In this document: positions 31,702 to 40,981 of the stretch, in pieces
Layout of the letters: each line of letters begins with the position of its first letter
How positions within the stretch are numbered: the first letter of the stretch is position 1
Translations under genes and position numbers: made by a program
DNA from: a virus
DNA: 46,689 nucleotides
Reading direction: 5' to 3' (one strand)
IMG/VR virus record: IMGVR_UViG_3300045988_030912
Coordinates: 1 to 46,689 of that record
Notes under the pieces: generated by a model
Told to the model about the DNA's origin: nothing
The model's input: the letters and a program-made list of their open reading frames with translations, nothing else
Database searches by the model: none

Positions 31702-32138
31702 CAGATGGGATCGGCGACGCCGGGCTGAGGGGGCGCCTCGTCCTCGGTGTCATCTCCCTGTTTTGCAGCCTCGATGGCGGCGATGACGTCGTCCTTCTTG
31801 CGCATGGCAGAGGCGTCGACGCCATAGGCTGCGGCGATCTCCTTCAGCTCGTCGAGCTTCATGTCCTTGTCGTACTCAGGCAGCTCGTCGGGAGTGTCGG
31901 GATCTCCCTCGGGTGCGCTGCCGGCGGGGTCGGGATCCTGCGGCGCGGGTGCGCCGGCCGGGTCGGTGCTTTCAGGCTCCTCGGCCTCGGGCGCGGGCTC
32001 GACGAACTTGGCGACGCCCTGCTTGACGAGACGGGCCTCCAGCTCGGGGTCGAACTTCTGAGGCCCGTCGGCTTCGGTGATGGGGATCACCTTGCGGCCG
32101 TTATAGTAGCCGAAGGTGCCAGCGATGATCTGGATCAT
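31701..32138 (-). CDS. Hypothetical protein with an acidic Pro-rich linker and a Rho-N/SAP-like helix-extended-helix motif
   Basis: MKLDELKEIAAAYGVDASAMRKKDDVIAAIEAA. Confidence 0.55.
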   Translation of the reverse strand: MIQIIAGTFGYYNGRKVIPITEADGPQKFDPELEARLVKQGVAKFVEPAPEAEEPESTDPAGAPAPQDPDPAGSAPEGDPDTPDELPEYDKDMKLDELKEIAAAYGVDASAMRKKDDVIAAIEAAKQGDDTEDEAPPQPGVADPI

Positions 32139-32160
32139 GGTCTGCTCCTTTCTACTGCGC

Positions 32161-33231
32161 TTATACCGTCAGCACGTCGGCGACGATAAAGGGGTTTTTG
32201 TTGTTGGGGATCATCAGGGGACGGCTGGAGATGGTCAGGCTGCGGGTGTTGCCCTCGGCGTTGGAGAGGTACTTCGGCACCCGGCGGCCGGTGTAGGTGT
32301 GGAACTCGCCGTCAGACTGCTCCACCTGAGTGACCGCGCCGTACAGAGTGCGGCCCGCCGCGGGAGCGGTGAGGACGCACTTGCCGGAGGGGATGTAGAG
32401 CTGATCCGCGCCGGCGTCGTCGGTGTAGGTCTCGTCGTAGGAGATCACGCTGATGATGCGGCCGCCGATATTCAGGCGGGCCATGACGGCAGCGCCGGCA
32501 GGCAGCAGCTCGGGCTCGACGTTGCCGAGCTCGTAGCGGCGCAGGTCGAGCAGCTCCTTGATGGCCGCGTTGTTGACCACGGCCTCGGCCACGTCGGGGG
32601 AGCATACCAGCTCAGAGGCGCGGAGGCCCTTGCTGGTCAGCATACGGATCATGGCGCCCAGATCGGGCAGGATGTTGGCGCCGGCCGCGTCCCACTTGAT
32701 CGCAGGGGTGTACTGCGCGGGGTTGGCGTCGCCGGAGTAGAAGCGGATCTCCATCTCGTCGGCCTCGTCGATGTCGTCGGCGATGTGGCGCATGACGCAG
32801 CCGTTGGTCAGCATGGTCTCGGCAGCCATCGCCTCCTCGCGGCGGGTGATAAACTCGCCCATCTCGTCGGCGTCCTTCAGGATGAGGGCCTGCTGACGCT
32901 GCTCAGGGGTGAGCTGAGTGAACAGGGCTTCGCCGAAGCCGCGCTTCTTCAGGTCGTCGATGCTGAGGGCACGCTTGGGCGCCACGAAGGGAGGCGTGAA
33001 GCGCTCCATGTGGTAGCCGTTGCGCAGGATGGTGACGCCGCCCTTGCGGGGAGCGACGAAGGGCGCGAGCTTCTTGGTGCCGTCGCGGTACTCGACCAGC
33101 ACGTCATCGGTGGAGAAGATGTCGCTCGCGGCGTTGGTGGGGAAGTACCGATCACGCAGGAAGCTCGGGGCAGGGGTGAGCTGCTCCACAGCCATCAGCA
33201 GCGTGTGGGTCTCGTAGAAGTTAAAAGGCAT
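32161..33231 (-). CDS. Major capsid protein, lambda gpE family
   Basis: MPFNFYETHTLLMAVEQLTPAPSFLRDRYFP...DDVLVEYRDGTKKLAPFVAPRKGG is a signature of the capsid protein E family. Confidence 0.85.
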   Translation of the reverse strand: MPFNFYETHTLLMAVEQLTPAPSFLRDRYFPTNAASDIFSTDDVLVEYRDGTKKLAPFVAPRKGGVTILRNGYHMERFTPPFVAPKRALSIDDLKKRGFGEALFTQLTPEQRQQALILKDADEMGEFITRREEAMAAETMLTNGCVMRHIADDIDEADEMEIRFYSGDANPAQYTPAIKWDAAGANILPDLGAMIRMLTSKGLRASELVCSPDVAEAVVNNAAIKELLDLRRYELGNVEPELLPAGAAVMARLNIGGRIISVISYDETYTDDAGADQLYIPSGKCVLTAPAAGRTLYGAVTQVEQSDGEFHTYTGRRVPKYLSNAEGNTRSLTISSRPLMIPNNKNPFIVADVLTV

Positions 33232-33249
33232 TTTGTTGTCCTCCTTCTC

Positions 33250-33621
33250 TTAGTATTCGATCGCGTCGGAGAGCAGGATGCCGGCGTTGCGCAGGATCTC
33301 CTCGTCCGCAGCGGTCAGGGCGTAGGTGCCGTCGGTGGTCAGCTTGTTGCGGGCGAAGTGCCCGGTGCGGTAGGCAGTGGCCACGGTGGCCTCGGTGATG
33401 TCGGTGTCGTCGGTCAGGACGAAGGTGCCGTTGGTGGCGACCAGCGCAGCGGCCGCAGGGGCCAGCTCAGCGTCGGCGGCGCCGGTGACGACGGTGCCGC
33501 GCTTCAGGACGCCGGTGCCGGCGGCCAGCTTCACGGTCACGACGTCGGCGACGGGCACGTTGGAGACGATCAGGCCGTCATATTCCACAGTGCCGATGTT
33601 CTCGTCGAGTCTCTTGCTCAT
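33250..33621 (-). CDS. Head decoration protein (lambda gpD-like)
   Basis: 123 aa, lying between the protease/scaffold and capsid genes. ...AYRTGHFARNKL... Confidence 0.7.
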   Translation of the reverse strand: MSKRLDENIGTVEYDGLIVSNVPVADVVTVKLAAGTGVLKRGTVVTGAADAELAPAAAALVATNGTFVLTDDTDITEATVATAYRTGHFARNKLTTDGTYALTAADEEILRNAGILLSDAIEY

Positions 33622-33634
33622 GTTTTTTACCTCC

Positions 33635-34864
33635 TTAGTTGGTCTTGGTGGCCTTGTAAAGGTTGACGATGGCGTCGACCCGGGCCTTGTCGTCGTTCTC
33701 GCTGCCGGCTTCGCCGCCGTTGGGGGCAGCGCCCACGTCAGCGGCGCCGGATCCGGCGTTGTCAGCCTTCACGTCGGCGAGGTGCTTGGTGCCGAGGGCG
33801 GCCTGCTTCTGCATGGCCTTGAGGGCGAGCTGCTCAGCGGTGCAGGGGTTTTCGCCGTACTTGGCGTCGCGGACGAGCTGAGCGTCGCCCACGCTGGCCT
33901 CGATGCTCTCGATGGCCTGAAGGCGCTCACGCTCCTGCGCAATAGCCTCCGTTCTGGCGGTCTCAGCAGCTTCGCGCTCGATCTGAGCCACGAGCTCGGG
34001 GTGCTGAGCCTTGAGCTGTTCCATGTTCATGATGCTTTCCTCCTTTGCAGTTTTGGCCGGAGTGCCGGCCTTTTTGGTTTTATCTCCGGCCGCAGGAGCG
34101 GCGGCGATACTGTGATTGACCGGGATCGTCCCGGGGATGCACCTGAAGGCTGCGGCGTCGTGCCGGATGCCGGCGACGAGGAGCACCTTCTTGTCGGCGC
34201 TGACGGAGGCGGCGGGGCCTTCGTCCTCGAGCAGGGTGTTGGCGAAGCCGTTGTCGACTGCTTCCTGCCCGACCATCCACGTCTCGCGGGTCATCATGCC
34301 GCGGAGCTGGTCGACCGCGATGCCGGTCTTGGCGTGGTAGATCTCCGCGATGGCCCGCTCGCTGGCGTCGAAGTCCTTCTGGAGCTTCTTCAGGTCTTGC
34401 AGGTTGTAGTAGTCGAACAGGAGCCCGCTGACTCCGTGGATCATGACCATGCTGCCGGGGTAGACCCGCACGTCGTCGCCGGCGCACATGATGACGCTGG
34501 CCGCGCTGGCCGCGATGCCTTCCACGATGACGGTCTTGGTGCCGCCGAGGCCCTTGATCGCGTTGTGGATGGCGATGCCGGTGTAGAGGTCGCCGCCGCA
34601 GCTATTGATCTTGATGGTGATGCTGCCCTTGTCCTTCACGGCAGCCAGATCCTCGAGGAAGCCCTCGGGGGTGATGTAGAGGCCGGGCTCAGGCTCGCCC
34701 GTCCACCAGTCGACCGGCTGCCTGCTCATGACGTCGCCGTAGAGCAGGATCTCGCCCGTGTCGTCCCCGGTGCTGGCGATGTTCCAGAACTTCGTGACCT
34801 GACCGCCAGCGGGAGAGACGGGCGCGGGCCCGGCGTAGAGCCGGGGTGCGTTATTTGTTCTCAT
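33635..34864 (-). CDS. ClpP/S49-type head maturation protease fused to a scaffold-like C-terminus
   Basis: ATG at 34864 with GGAAGGAG upstream. INSCGGDLYTGIAIHNAIK...GIAASAASVIMCAG...MIHG (Ser/His protease pattern). The C-terminus is a coiled coil. Confidence 0.8.
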   Translation of the reverse strand: MRTNNAPRLYAGPAPVSPAGGQVTKFWNIASTGDDTGEILLYGDVMSRQPVDWWTGEPEPGLYITPEGFLEDLAAVKDKGSITIKINSCGGDLYTGIAIHNAIKGLGGTKTVIVEGIAASAASVIMCAGDDVRVYPGSMVMIHGVSGLLFDYYNLQDLKKLQKDFDASERAIAEIYHAKTGIAVDQLRGMMTRETWMVGQEAVDNGFANTLLEDEGPAASVSADKKVLLVAGIRHDAAAFRCIPGTIPVNHSIAAAPAAGDKTKKAGTPAKTAKEESIMNMEQLKAQHPELVAQIEREAAETARTEAIAQERERLQAIESIEASVGDAQLVRDAKYGENPCTAEQLALKAMQKQAALGTKHLADVKADNAGSGAADVGAAPNGGEAGSENDDKARVDAIVNLYKATKTN

Positions 34865-36491
34865 GCTGTTCTCCTTCCTTGATACTCTTGACCACCTCGG
34901 CGATGACCGCAGCGCGGAGCTCTGCCGAGAAGGCCGGGGCGGGTGCGGATCCGTCGTCGGTCTGCCCCTGCGCCTCTTTGAGCTTGATGTTTTCCCGGGC
35001 GATCTGCTCGACGTTGGCGTCCCACTGGCCGCCGTTGAGCCTGACGGTGGCCTGCTCTCTGGTCGTGATCGCTTCGCCGATGGCGAGGATCTCGGCCGTG
35101 ATCTCCTTTGTCGGGTCGAGCTGCCCCTGCGACGGGCCGATCCATTCGGCGTCGAGGTATGCGGCGCGGATCGCCGGGTCGCTGAAGAAGCCCGGGGCGA
35201 TGATACGGCCGCGGGCCACGGCCTCGGCCATCCAGATCTCGTAGACCGGGGCGCAGAAGTCGGCCACAAACCACTCGCGGCGCATTTTGAACGCTTTCCA
35301 CGCTTCCAGCAGCGCGGCGCGGCTGGCGCTGTACGAGCTGTTGAAGGACTTCAGCAGCAGGTCGGCCGGGATCTCCAGCGCTGCGCCCACCTGCTCGCAG
35401 ATGGCACGCATGAAGGCGTCAAAGCCTGACGCGGGCCGCTTAGGATCTGCGAAAGTGACGTCCTCGCCGGGCTCCATGATGTTGATCTGGCCGGGGCCCA
35501 TCTCGTACTCGTTGGGGTCGCGGCTGACCTCCGGCAGCGAGCTCCCCACCTCATTGAAGGGGTTGTCGCCGGCGCCGGCTTCAGTCTTGATGAAGGCCGT
35601 GAAGAACGACTCGACCACGGCAGCAGTCAGCTCGCTCTCGGTATAGCGACGGAGCTGGAGCAGCGGCTCGATGGCCTGCGCCAGATAGCTGACGCCGCGG
35701 TACTGATCCGGGCGCTCGCTCTCCATGATGTGCAGAATGTTCGGGAGGCCGGTGCGCTCCCCGTATGCCTTCACGCGGGCCCACTTGGTCGACGCTGCGC
35801 CGAGCTCGAGGGGGTAGGTGCTGCGGATGTGGTACGCCTCGATCATGCCGTCGGCATTGACCTCGACGCCGTCGAAGATGGTGTTGCCGTTGGCGGCCTT
35901 GCCGGTGGTCAGCAGCGGCAGCGTGACGATACCGGAGTCGGTCGGGGTTGCCACGCGGTCAGCCTCGACGAGGTGGATGCGCAGCGAGTAGGGCATGAGG
36001 TCGGTCGGCTCGTACTGCTTCACGACGGCAAAGACGTCGCCGCTGACCAGCCACGAGGCGAGGGCGAGCTGCTGCATGGCGTAGAAGTTGTTCACGCCGG
36101 TGGCGTCGCAGGCTGCTTTCCTGTTGGCCCACAGGGAGAACTCCCGCTCGGTCTTGGCCTGCCATGCGTCCGCAGCGGCCTGATCCATGCCGAGCACCTC
36201 GCGGTCGATCCTGCTCTTGAGCTGAAGGCCGACGCCGATGACGTTGGTGCGGTTGGTCTTGACGGCCGAGGTGGCGATCGGGGCGGCCATGTAGAGCATC
36301 CTCGAGCGCTGCCGCAGCGTCCCGTTGTGGGCGTCGATGTCCTCCTTCGGGCTGCCGCTCATGGCGTTGAAGCCCTTGGTCGCCTTCTTATGCCAGCTCG
36401 CGCCGGCGTCGCCGTAGCCCTTATTCACAGGGCGCGGCCGCTGCCCGCCTTGAGGGCGGCTTCTCTTTTTCCTTTTGCTGATGGTGCTCAC
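34851..36491 (-). CDS. Portal protein, lambda family (GTG start)
   Basis: 546 aa. N-terminal NKGYGDAGASW...SPKEDID... Its position between the gpW-like and protease genes fits. Confidence 0.85.
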   Translation of the reverse strand: MSTISKRKKRSRPQGGQRPRPVNKGYGDAGASWHKKATKGFNAMSGSPKEDIDAHNGTLRQRSRMLYMAAPIATSAVKTNRTNVIGVGLQLKSRIDREVLGMDQAAADAWQAKTEREFSLWANRKAACDATGVNNFYAMQQLALASWLVSGDVFAVVKQYEPTDLMPYSLRIHLVEADRVATPTDSGIVTLPLLTTGKAANGNTIFDGVEVNADGMIEAYHIRSTYPLELGAASTKWARVKAYGERTGLPNILHIMESERPDQYRGVSYLAQAIEPLLQLRRYTESELTAAVVESFFTAFIKTEAGAGDNPFNEVGSSLPEVSRDPNEYEMGPGQINIMEPGEDVTFADPKRPASGFDAFMRAICEQVGAALEIPADLLLKSFNSSYSASRAALLEAWKAFKMRREWFVADFCAPVYEIWMAEAVARGRIIAPGFFSDPAIRAAYLDAEWIGPSQGQLDPTKEITAEILAIGEAITTREQATVRLNGGQWDANVEQIARENIKLKEAQGQTDDGSAPAPAFSAELRAAVIAEVVKSIKEGEQHENK

Positions 36492-36589
36492 CTCCTTTCA
36501 GGAAGATGGCGAGCCTCGGGAGTAAAGGAGCGAAAACTCCCGGCGGCTCACCTATGAAAAAAGCCCCCGGGAGGAGCTTCTTTCCGTGT

Positions 36590-36853
36590 TTACCAGTCCC
36601 GAGGGACGACGCCGATGGCCTTGCGGGGGCGCTGACCGTTCAGCGCTCCCTCGAGGGCGGCGATCTCGTCCTCGAGCTGCTTGATGGCGGCCCGGATCGT
36701 GCCGAGGTCGGTGTTGTAGCGGGCCAGATTGCGGGAGCCGATGCCGTAGCTCTGGACGCCTCCGTCCAGCATCTCGGCCTCCCGCTTCAGATATAGGGCG
36801 AGCCGATCCCGCTTTGCGGTCAGCTCGATCTCGATGGTCTTGCGTGTTTTCAT
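36590..36853 (-). CDS. Head-tail joining protein (lambda gpW-like)
   Basis: 87 aa, between terL and the portal gene. LTAKRDRLALYLKREAEMLDGGVQSY... Confidence 0.65.
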   Translation of the reverse strand: MKTRKTIEIELTAKRDRLALYLKREAEMLDGGVQSYGIGSRNLARYNTDLGTIRAAIKQLEDEIAALEGALNGQRPRKAIGVVPRDW

Positions 36854-36865
36854 GGTCTTTCCTCC

Positions 36866-38788
36866 TTACCAGTCGTCGAAGGCGCTGGCCGCCTTGCTTC
36901 GTCGTGTGCGTGCTCTCGGCTGCGGCTGCGGCCGCTTTTCCTCGAGCCCCTTGAGCCTGCGCTCGACCGCGTCCATGTCGGGGTTGATGATCTTCAGGCC
37001 GGCCATCGCGTAGTCGCGGCAGTCGAGGGGCTCGTTGCGGGTGTGTCCGGGGATCTTCACCCACGCCCACTGGTCGCCGCGCTTGGTGCGGGTGAGCTCC
37101 AGCTTTTCGCTGAGCAGGCCGTTGAAGTAGTGCAGATCGTATCCGGCGTCCGGGTGCCGGTTGAAATGGCAGAAGCCCGGGCCGGGCTCCTGTACTTTGA
37201 TATTTGCCATGATGGCAGCCTTGCCGGCGTCGACGCCGATGGTGTAAAGCCAGCAGGTGACCTTTTTGTTGTCGCGGATGGCGACCTTGGAAGGCGGCGA
37301 GACGAAGGGGATCCCGTCGCCGCCCTTGCCCTTGATGGCAAAGACGCGCTTGCCCTGCCGCGCCCGGCAGGCTTCATAGACTTCCTGCGTGAAGTGGCCG
37401 CCCGAGTCGACGCAGGTGATGGAGATCTTCAGGCCGCGCCCGCTCTTGAAGGTGTAGACGTGGTCGACGACGTCGTCGAGCCGCTGCCAGACCTCGGGGG
37501 TGTCTGGCCGGCCCATGATGACGCCCTTGACGATGCCCCACGTCTCGCCATAGTGGCCGTGACCGACCACCTCGTACTCGAGCCGGTTGTCCTGCGTATC
37601 GACGCCGCAGGTGAGCACCAGCACGCCGTCGGGCACCTCCACGGGTGCGCCGTCCTGCCGGGTGCCGTAGTCCTCGCGCCGGGCGAGCATGGTGTCCTCG
37701 TCGGCGAGGTCGCCGCGATCTTCCCATAGCTGGCCGAGCAGGGTGTTGTAGACGACCTTGAGGCGCTGCGGGTCGTCCTTCGCTTCGAGGAACTTCAGGA
37801 CGATCTTGCTCCACGGCGTCCACGGACTCGAGAAGGCGTTGAGCCAGAAGGAGCGCACGCCCTTGGCGTAGGCGTCGGGGTTGTCTGCGATCCACTTGGC
37901 CGGCTGCCGGCGCATGGTCTCCTCGGGGATCACGCAGCCGCAGGCGGGGCAGATCCATGAGACGCCGCCCTTCAGCTTCCACGACTTTTTGCCGCGGATC
38001 CTCTTGGCTTCGGGCTCGAAGCGGATGTCGTCGAAGTTGATCTCGTTGTGCTCGCCGCACTCAGGGCAGCGGTGGCACCAGCGCTCCTGCGTGCCTTCGC
38101 CGAAGCTGGTCTCGATGTTGCTGGCACCCTTGATGGTCGGGGTGGAGACCTCGACCGCCTTGGCGTTGTAGAATGTGGCCTGACGTGCCTCGGCCAGCGC
38201 CCACGGGTCGCCCTCAGTGCCGGCGCTCGCAGCCCATCGGTCGCGCTCGTCGCCGATGATGTAGCGGGCCGGGGTGGAGGCCAGCGCCGAGGCGCTGTTC
38301 GAGCCGGTCAGGGTGAGCATACCGCCCGGAAAAGACTTCTGGAGGATGGTGTTGCCGCTGTCCTTCGCCTTGACGTCGCTGACCTTGGCCTTCAGGCGCT
38401 TGCTGTCGCGTATCATAGGGGCGACGCGCAGGCGGCTGAACTTCCTCGCGTCGTCGATCGTGGGGTGGACATAGAGGATGCTGCCGGGGTCTTGGTCGAT
38501 AATGTAGCCGATGATATTGAGCTCGAGCTCAGACTTGCCGACCTGCGACGCTGCGACCATGACGATCTTGCGCACCTTCGGATCCGTGAAGGCCCTCATG
38601 GGCTCCTCGAGGTACGGGGTGCGCTTGGTGCGCCACGGGCCGGCCTCGGCCGAGCTTTCTGGCGAGAGGCGGCGGTATCTGTCAGCCCACTCGTCCACGG
38701 TCAAGCTCTCGGGCGGCCTGAAGTTTTTCAGGGCTCCCGAGATCGCTGCGTTCAGTCTGGCGGCGGCTTTTTTAGTCGTCCTCGCCAT
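36866..38788 (-). CDS. terL: Terminase large subunit, lambda GpA family
   Basis: 640 aa. VMVAASQVGKSE (Walker A-like) and the zinc-ribbon-like CHRCPECGEHNEI...CPACGCVIPE, typical of GpA. Confidence 0.9.
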   Translation of the reverse strand: MARTTKKAAARLNAAISGALKNFRPPESLTVDEWADRYRRLSPESSAEAGPWRTKRTPYLEEPMRAFTDPKVRKIVMVAASQVGKSELELNIIGYIIDQDPGSILYVHPTIDDARKFSRLRVAPMIRDSKRLKAKVSDVKAKDSGNTILQKSFPGGMLTLTGSNSASALASTPARYIIGDERDRWAASAGTEGDPWALAEARQATFYNAKAVEVSTPTIKGASNIETSFGEGTQERWCHRCPECGEHNEINFDDIRFEPEAKRIRGKKSWKLKGGVSWICPACGCVIPEETMRRQPAKWIADNPDAYAKGVRSFWLNAFSSPWTPWSKIVLKFLEAKDDPQRLKVVYNTLLGQLWEDRGDLADEDTMLARREDYGTRQDGAPVEVPDGVLVLTCGVDTQDNRLEYEVVGHGHYGETWGIVKGVIMGRPDTPEVWQRLDDVVDHVYTFKSGRGLKISITCVDSGGHFTQEVYEACRARQGKRVFAIKGKGGDGIPFVSPPSKVAIRDNKKVTCWLYTIGVDAGKAAIMANIKVQEPGPGFCHFNRHPDAGYDLHYFNGLLSEKLELTRTKRGDQWAWVKIPGHTRNEPLDCRDYAMAGLKIINPDMDAVERRLKGLEEKRPQPQPRARTRRSKAASAFDDW

Positions 38789-39353
38789 CGGAGAGGTCGC
38801 TCCAGCCTTCCCGATCCCTTACCCGCCGCGCATATTCTTCGGGATCGTATTTATAGCCGGCCAGCTCCTCGAGGATCTTGTAGACCTCGGCCCGGATGAT
38901 CTCGGACGCCTCTGCGGCTGACGCGGCGGTCGTGACGTCGACGGCCAGACGCCCGGGCAGGGCCATGAGCATCGAGCGGATCGTGTAGACGATGTCGGTC
39001 ATGACTGCCTCGACGTCCTCGCTGCGGTGCATCTTGCCCTCGAGCTCCTTGAGCTGGAGCGCAGCCATGTCGGCCTTGCTGCGCTTCAGGTCGGCCTCGG
39101 CCTCCAGTTTCCTGCCCTCGATCTCGGTGTCCTTCTTTGAGGGCTCGCGGCCGTTGGCCTTCTCCGTCAGGTATCTGATGTACTTCTGGATCGTGGCGAG
39201 CAGGTCGTAGCGGTTGGCGTTGCCCTGCTTGGTGGCGTTGATGATGCCCTCCTGCGTGAGCTGCTGCACCCGGCGGGTAGTCACGCCGAACAGAGCCGCG
39301 ATGGTCTTGCTGTCGACGAGCTTGGCGCCGGGGGTGGTGTTGGTGTTCGGCAT
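38772..39353 (-). CDS. terS: Terminase small subunit (Nu1-like wHTH N-terminus)
   Basis: VDSKTIAALFGVTTRRVQQLTQEGI followed by a coiled coil. It lies upstream of and overlaps terL. Confidence 0.75.
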   Translation of the reverse strand: MPNTNTTPGAKLVDSKTIAALFGVTTRRVQQLTQEGIINATKQGNANRYDLLATIQKYIRYLTEKANGREPSKKDTEIEGRKLEAEADLKRSKADMAALQLKELEGKMHRSEDVEAVMTDIVYTIRSMLMALPGRLAVDVTTAASAAEASEIIRAEVYKILEELAGYKYDPEEYARRVRDREGWSDLSDGEDD

Positions 39354-39481
39354 GGCCTTCCTCCTTTCTGATGTGCTGCCGGCGGGCCCTGAGCGAAACG
39401 AAACGGCCGGAAAAAAGTTTTTCCAGTCTGCGCGTTTTTTGGGCTCGCCAGCACCGCAGGCGTCAGGGGTGCGTCACAGTA

Positions 39482-39612
39482 CCTTCGGCGGCGCTGGTGG
39501 GCCGTGGCGGGGCTGTGGGCGCGTCTGCGGCGCGTTTTGGCTCGTGGTGGTGCTGGGCGTTGGCTGGCGCGGCGCGTGGCGTGTGCGGCCTTGTGGTGCC
39601 CGTGGCGGGGCT
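39482..39612. other. 131-nt tract with no adenine on the + strand (G/T/C only), within the terS-upstream intergenic region
   Basis: Read base by base: A at 39481, and the next A at 39613. It contains a 13-bp direct repeat ccgtggcggggct at 39502-39514 and 39600-39612. Confidence 0.9.
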
Positions 39613-40270
39613 ATTTCCCGAGGGCCCTGCTGAGGTGATGGTCGAGGCGCTTGGATGTCTCCTCGGTGAGCTTGGTCATGATGGCGTCATGTGTGCGCTC
39701 ACTCGTCACCATCTGAGGGACTGAGATGGTGGTGAACTTCTCGATGTTGGTGCGCACTGGGCTCATGCGCTGGAAGGGGATCCAGTTGGTGCCGTCTGCT
39801 TTGGCGTTGCCTGTCCCCATGAGGATATTGTGCGAGCGCTTGGAGAAGGGGCCGCCCGGGGTGCGGGTATTCTTATAGCGGCCGATCACCTGCTTCTTCC
39901 CCTTGATGACCTGCATCTTCAGGGTGTAGCTCTTGCCCTGCGGCGGGGCCTTCGGTGTCATGCCGAAGTGGACAGGGGTGAGCAGCCTGCCCTCATAGGT
40001 GAAGGCCAGCTCCTCGAAGGTCTCGCCGGTGATCCTGACGGTGCCGGCCATCTTCTTCGGCTTGGCCCCCTTGCCACTGGAGGGGGTGATCTCGCCCTTC
40101 TTTATGTTGTAGACCTGCACGACCTCGCTGGCGATCCAGCCCGGTGCTCTGGCCTTGACGTCCTTCAGGGTGTTGGTGATGGCCTTCTTCCCGGCGTCCT
40201 CGATGGCCCTGACGTCAGCGAGAAGCTGCTGGAAGTTTTCAACCTGCATGGTGATGGTGCTGCGTGGCAA
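39611..40270 (-). CDS. Hypothetical protein (219 aa, TTG start)
   Basis: AAAGGAGG lies 8 nt upstream of the TTG at 40270. The ORF-track N-terminal extension is unlikely. Confidence 0.6.
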   Translation of the reverse strand: MPRSTITMQVENFQQLLADVRAIEDAGKKAITNTLKDVKARAPGWIASEVVQVYNIKKGEITPSSGKGAKPKKMAGTVRITGETFEELAFTYEGRLLTPVHFGMTPKAPPQGKSYTLKMQVIKGKKQVIGRYKNTRTPGGPFSKRSHNILMGTGNAKADGTNWIPFQRMSPVRTNIEKFTTISVPQMVTSERTHDAIMTKLTEETSKRLDHHLSRALGK

Positions 40271-40474
40271 GGGTTTCGCCTCCTTTCTCAGAGCATGGAA
40301 AAGCCGCCGGGCGCTGTGTGCGCTCGACGGCTCGGTTGCCTTGCGGCTGGTATGTGGTTGTGATTTGGTTATCCTCCGGGCGTTGCTCCCGTGTTGGTCG
40401 GGTGTCCGGCGGTCTTTTGCAGGATATAGAATAACACAGGTTGCGGGTGACATTCACTGTCACTGACTCCGTTT

Positions 40475-40969
40475 CTATACCATTTTACTGTCATTCACTT
40501 CGCTCGCCTCCAGTATGTCGGCCAGTCTCAGCAGGGCCCGGCCGTGGATCCTATACGTCCTGCGCTGGTATGCGTCCAGCTTCTCGATGTAGTCGGGGCG
40601 GCTCCCGAACAGGGCCGCGTTGATGCCATCCCACTCGGCTCGGTCGAAGTAGCGCAGCCGGATGACGGCGCGCTCGTCGGGGTCGTCGAGGTGCTGGAGC
40701 ATGGCCTCGATGGCAGCGTTTTCCCTGCGCTCGTCGGCGTTGAGCTTGGCGATGCGCTCCTCGAGCTCCATCTTTTTCAGGACGAAGGCGCTGACCGGGT
40801 TGGAGACGGTGCCCTTCGGCCGGGGCATACCCGTCAGGTTGGGGCCGGTGTTGCCGCCCGTCAGCTCCATGCGGTCGAGGCGCTCGGTCTCGTTGTCTAT
40901 TTCCCGCAGCAGTTTCAGGTAGGCGCCGAGGCGCTCCTTGATCTTCTTGGTTTTGGGTTGCTCGTTCAT
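40475..40969 (-). CDS. Late-gene transcriptional regulator, sigma-70 region-4-like (DUF1492/ArpU/RinA-type)
   Basis: ERAVIRLRYFDRAEWDGINAALFGS...YRIHGRALLRLADIL. Its position upstream of the packaging genes fits. Confidence 0.6.
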   Translation of the reverse strand: MNEQPKTKKIKERLGAYLKLLREIDNETERLDRMELTGGNTGPNLTGMPRPKGTVSNPVSAFVLKKMELEERIAKLNADERRENAAIEAMLQHLDDPDERAVIRLRYFDRAEWDGINAALFGSRPDYIEKLDAYQRRTYRIHGRALLRLADILEASEVNDSKMV

Positions 40970-40981
40970 TCTGTCAGGGCG

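Noticed and set aside
36545-36589. A stem-loop with a T-run between gpW and the portal gene as a strong terminator
   Set aside because: The stem needs G-U pairs and mismatches, and it lies inside the late operon. At most it is a weak attenuator, which is not enough support to report it as a feature.
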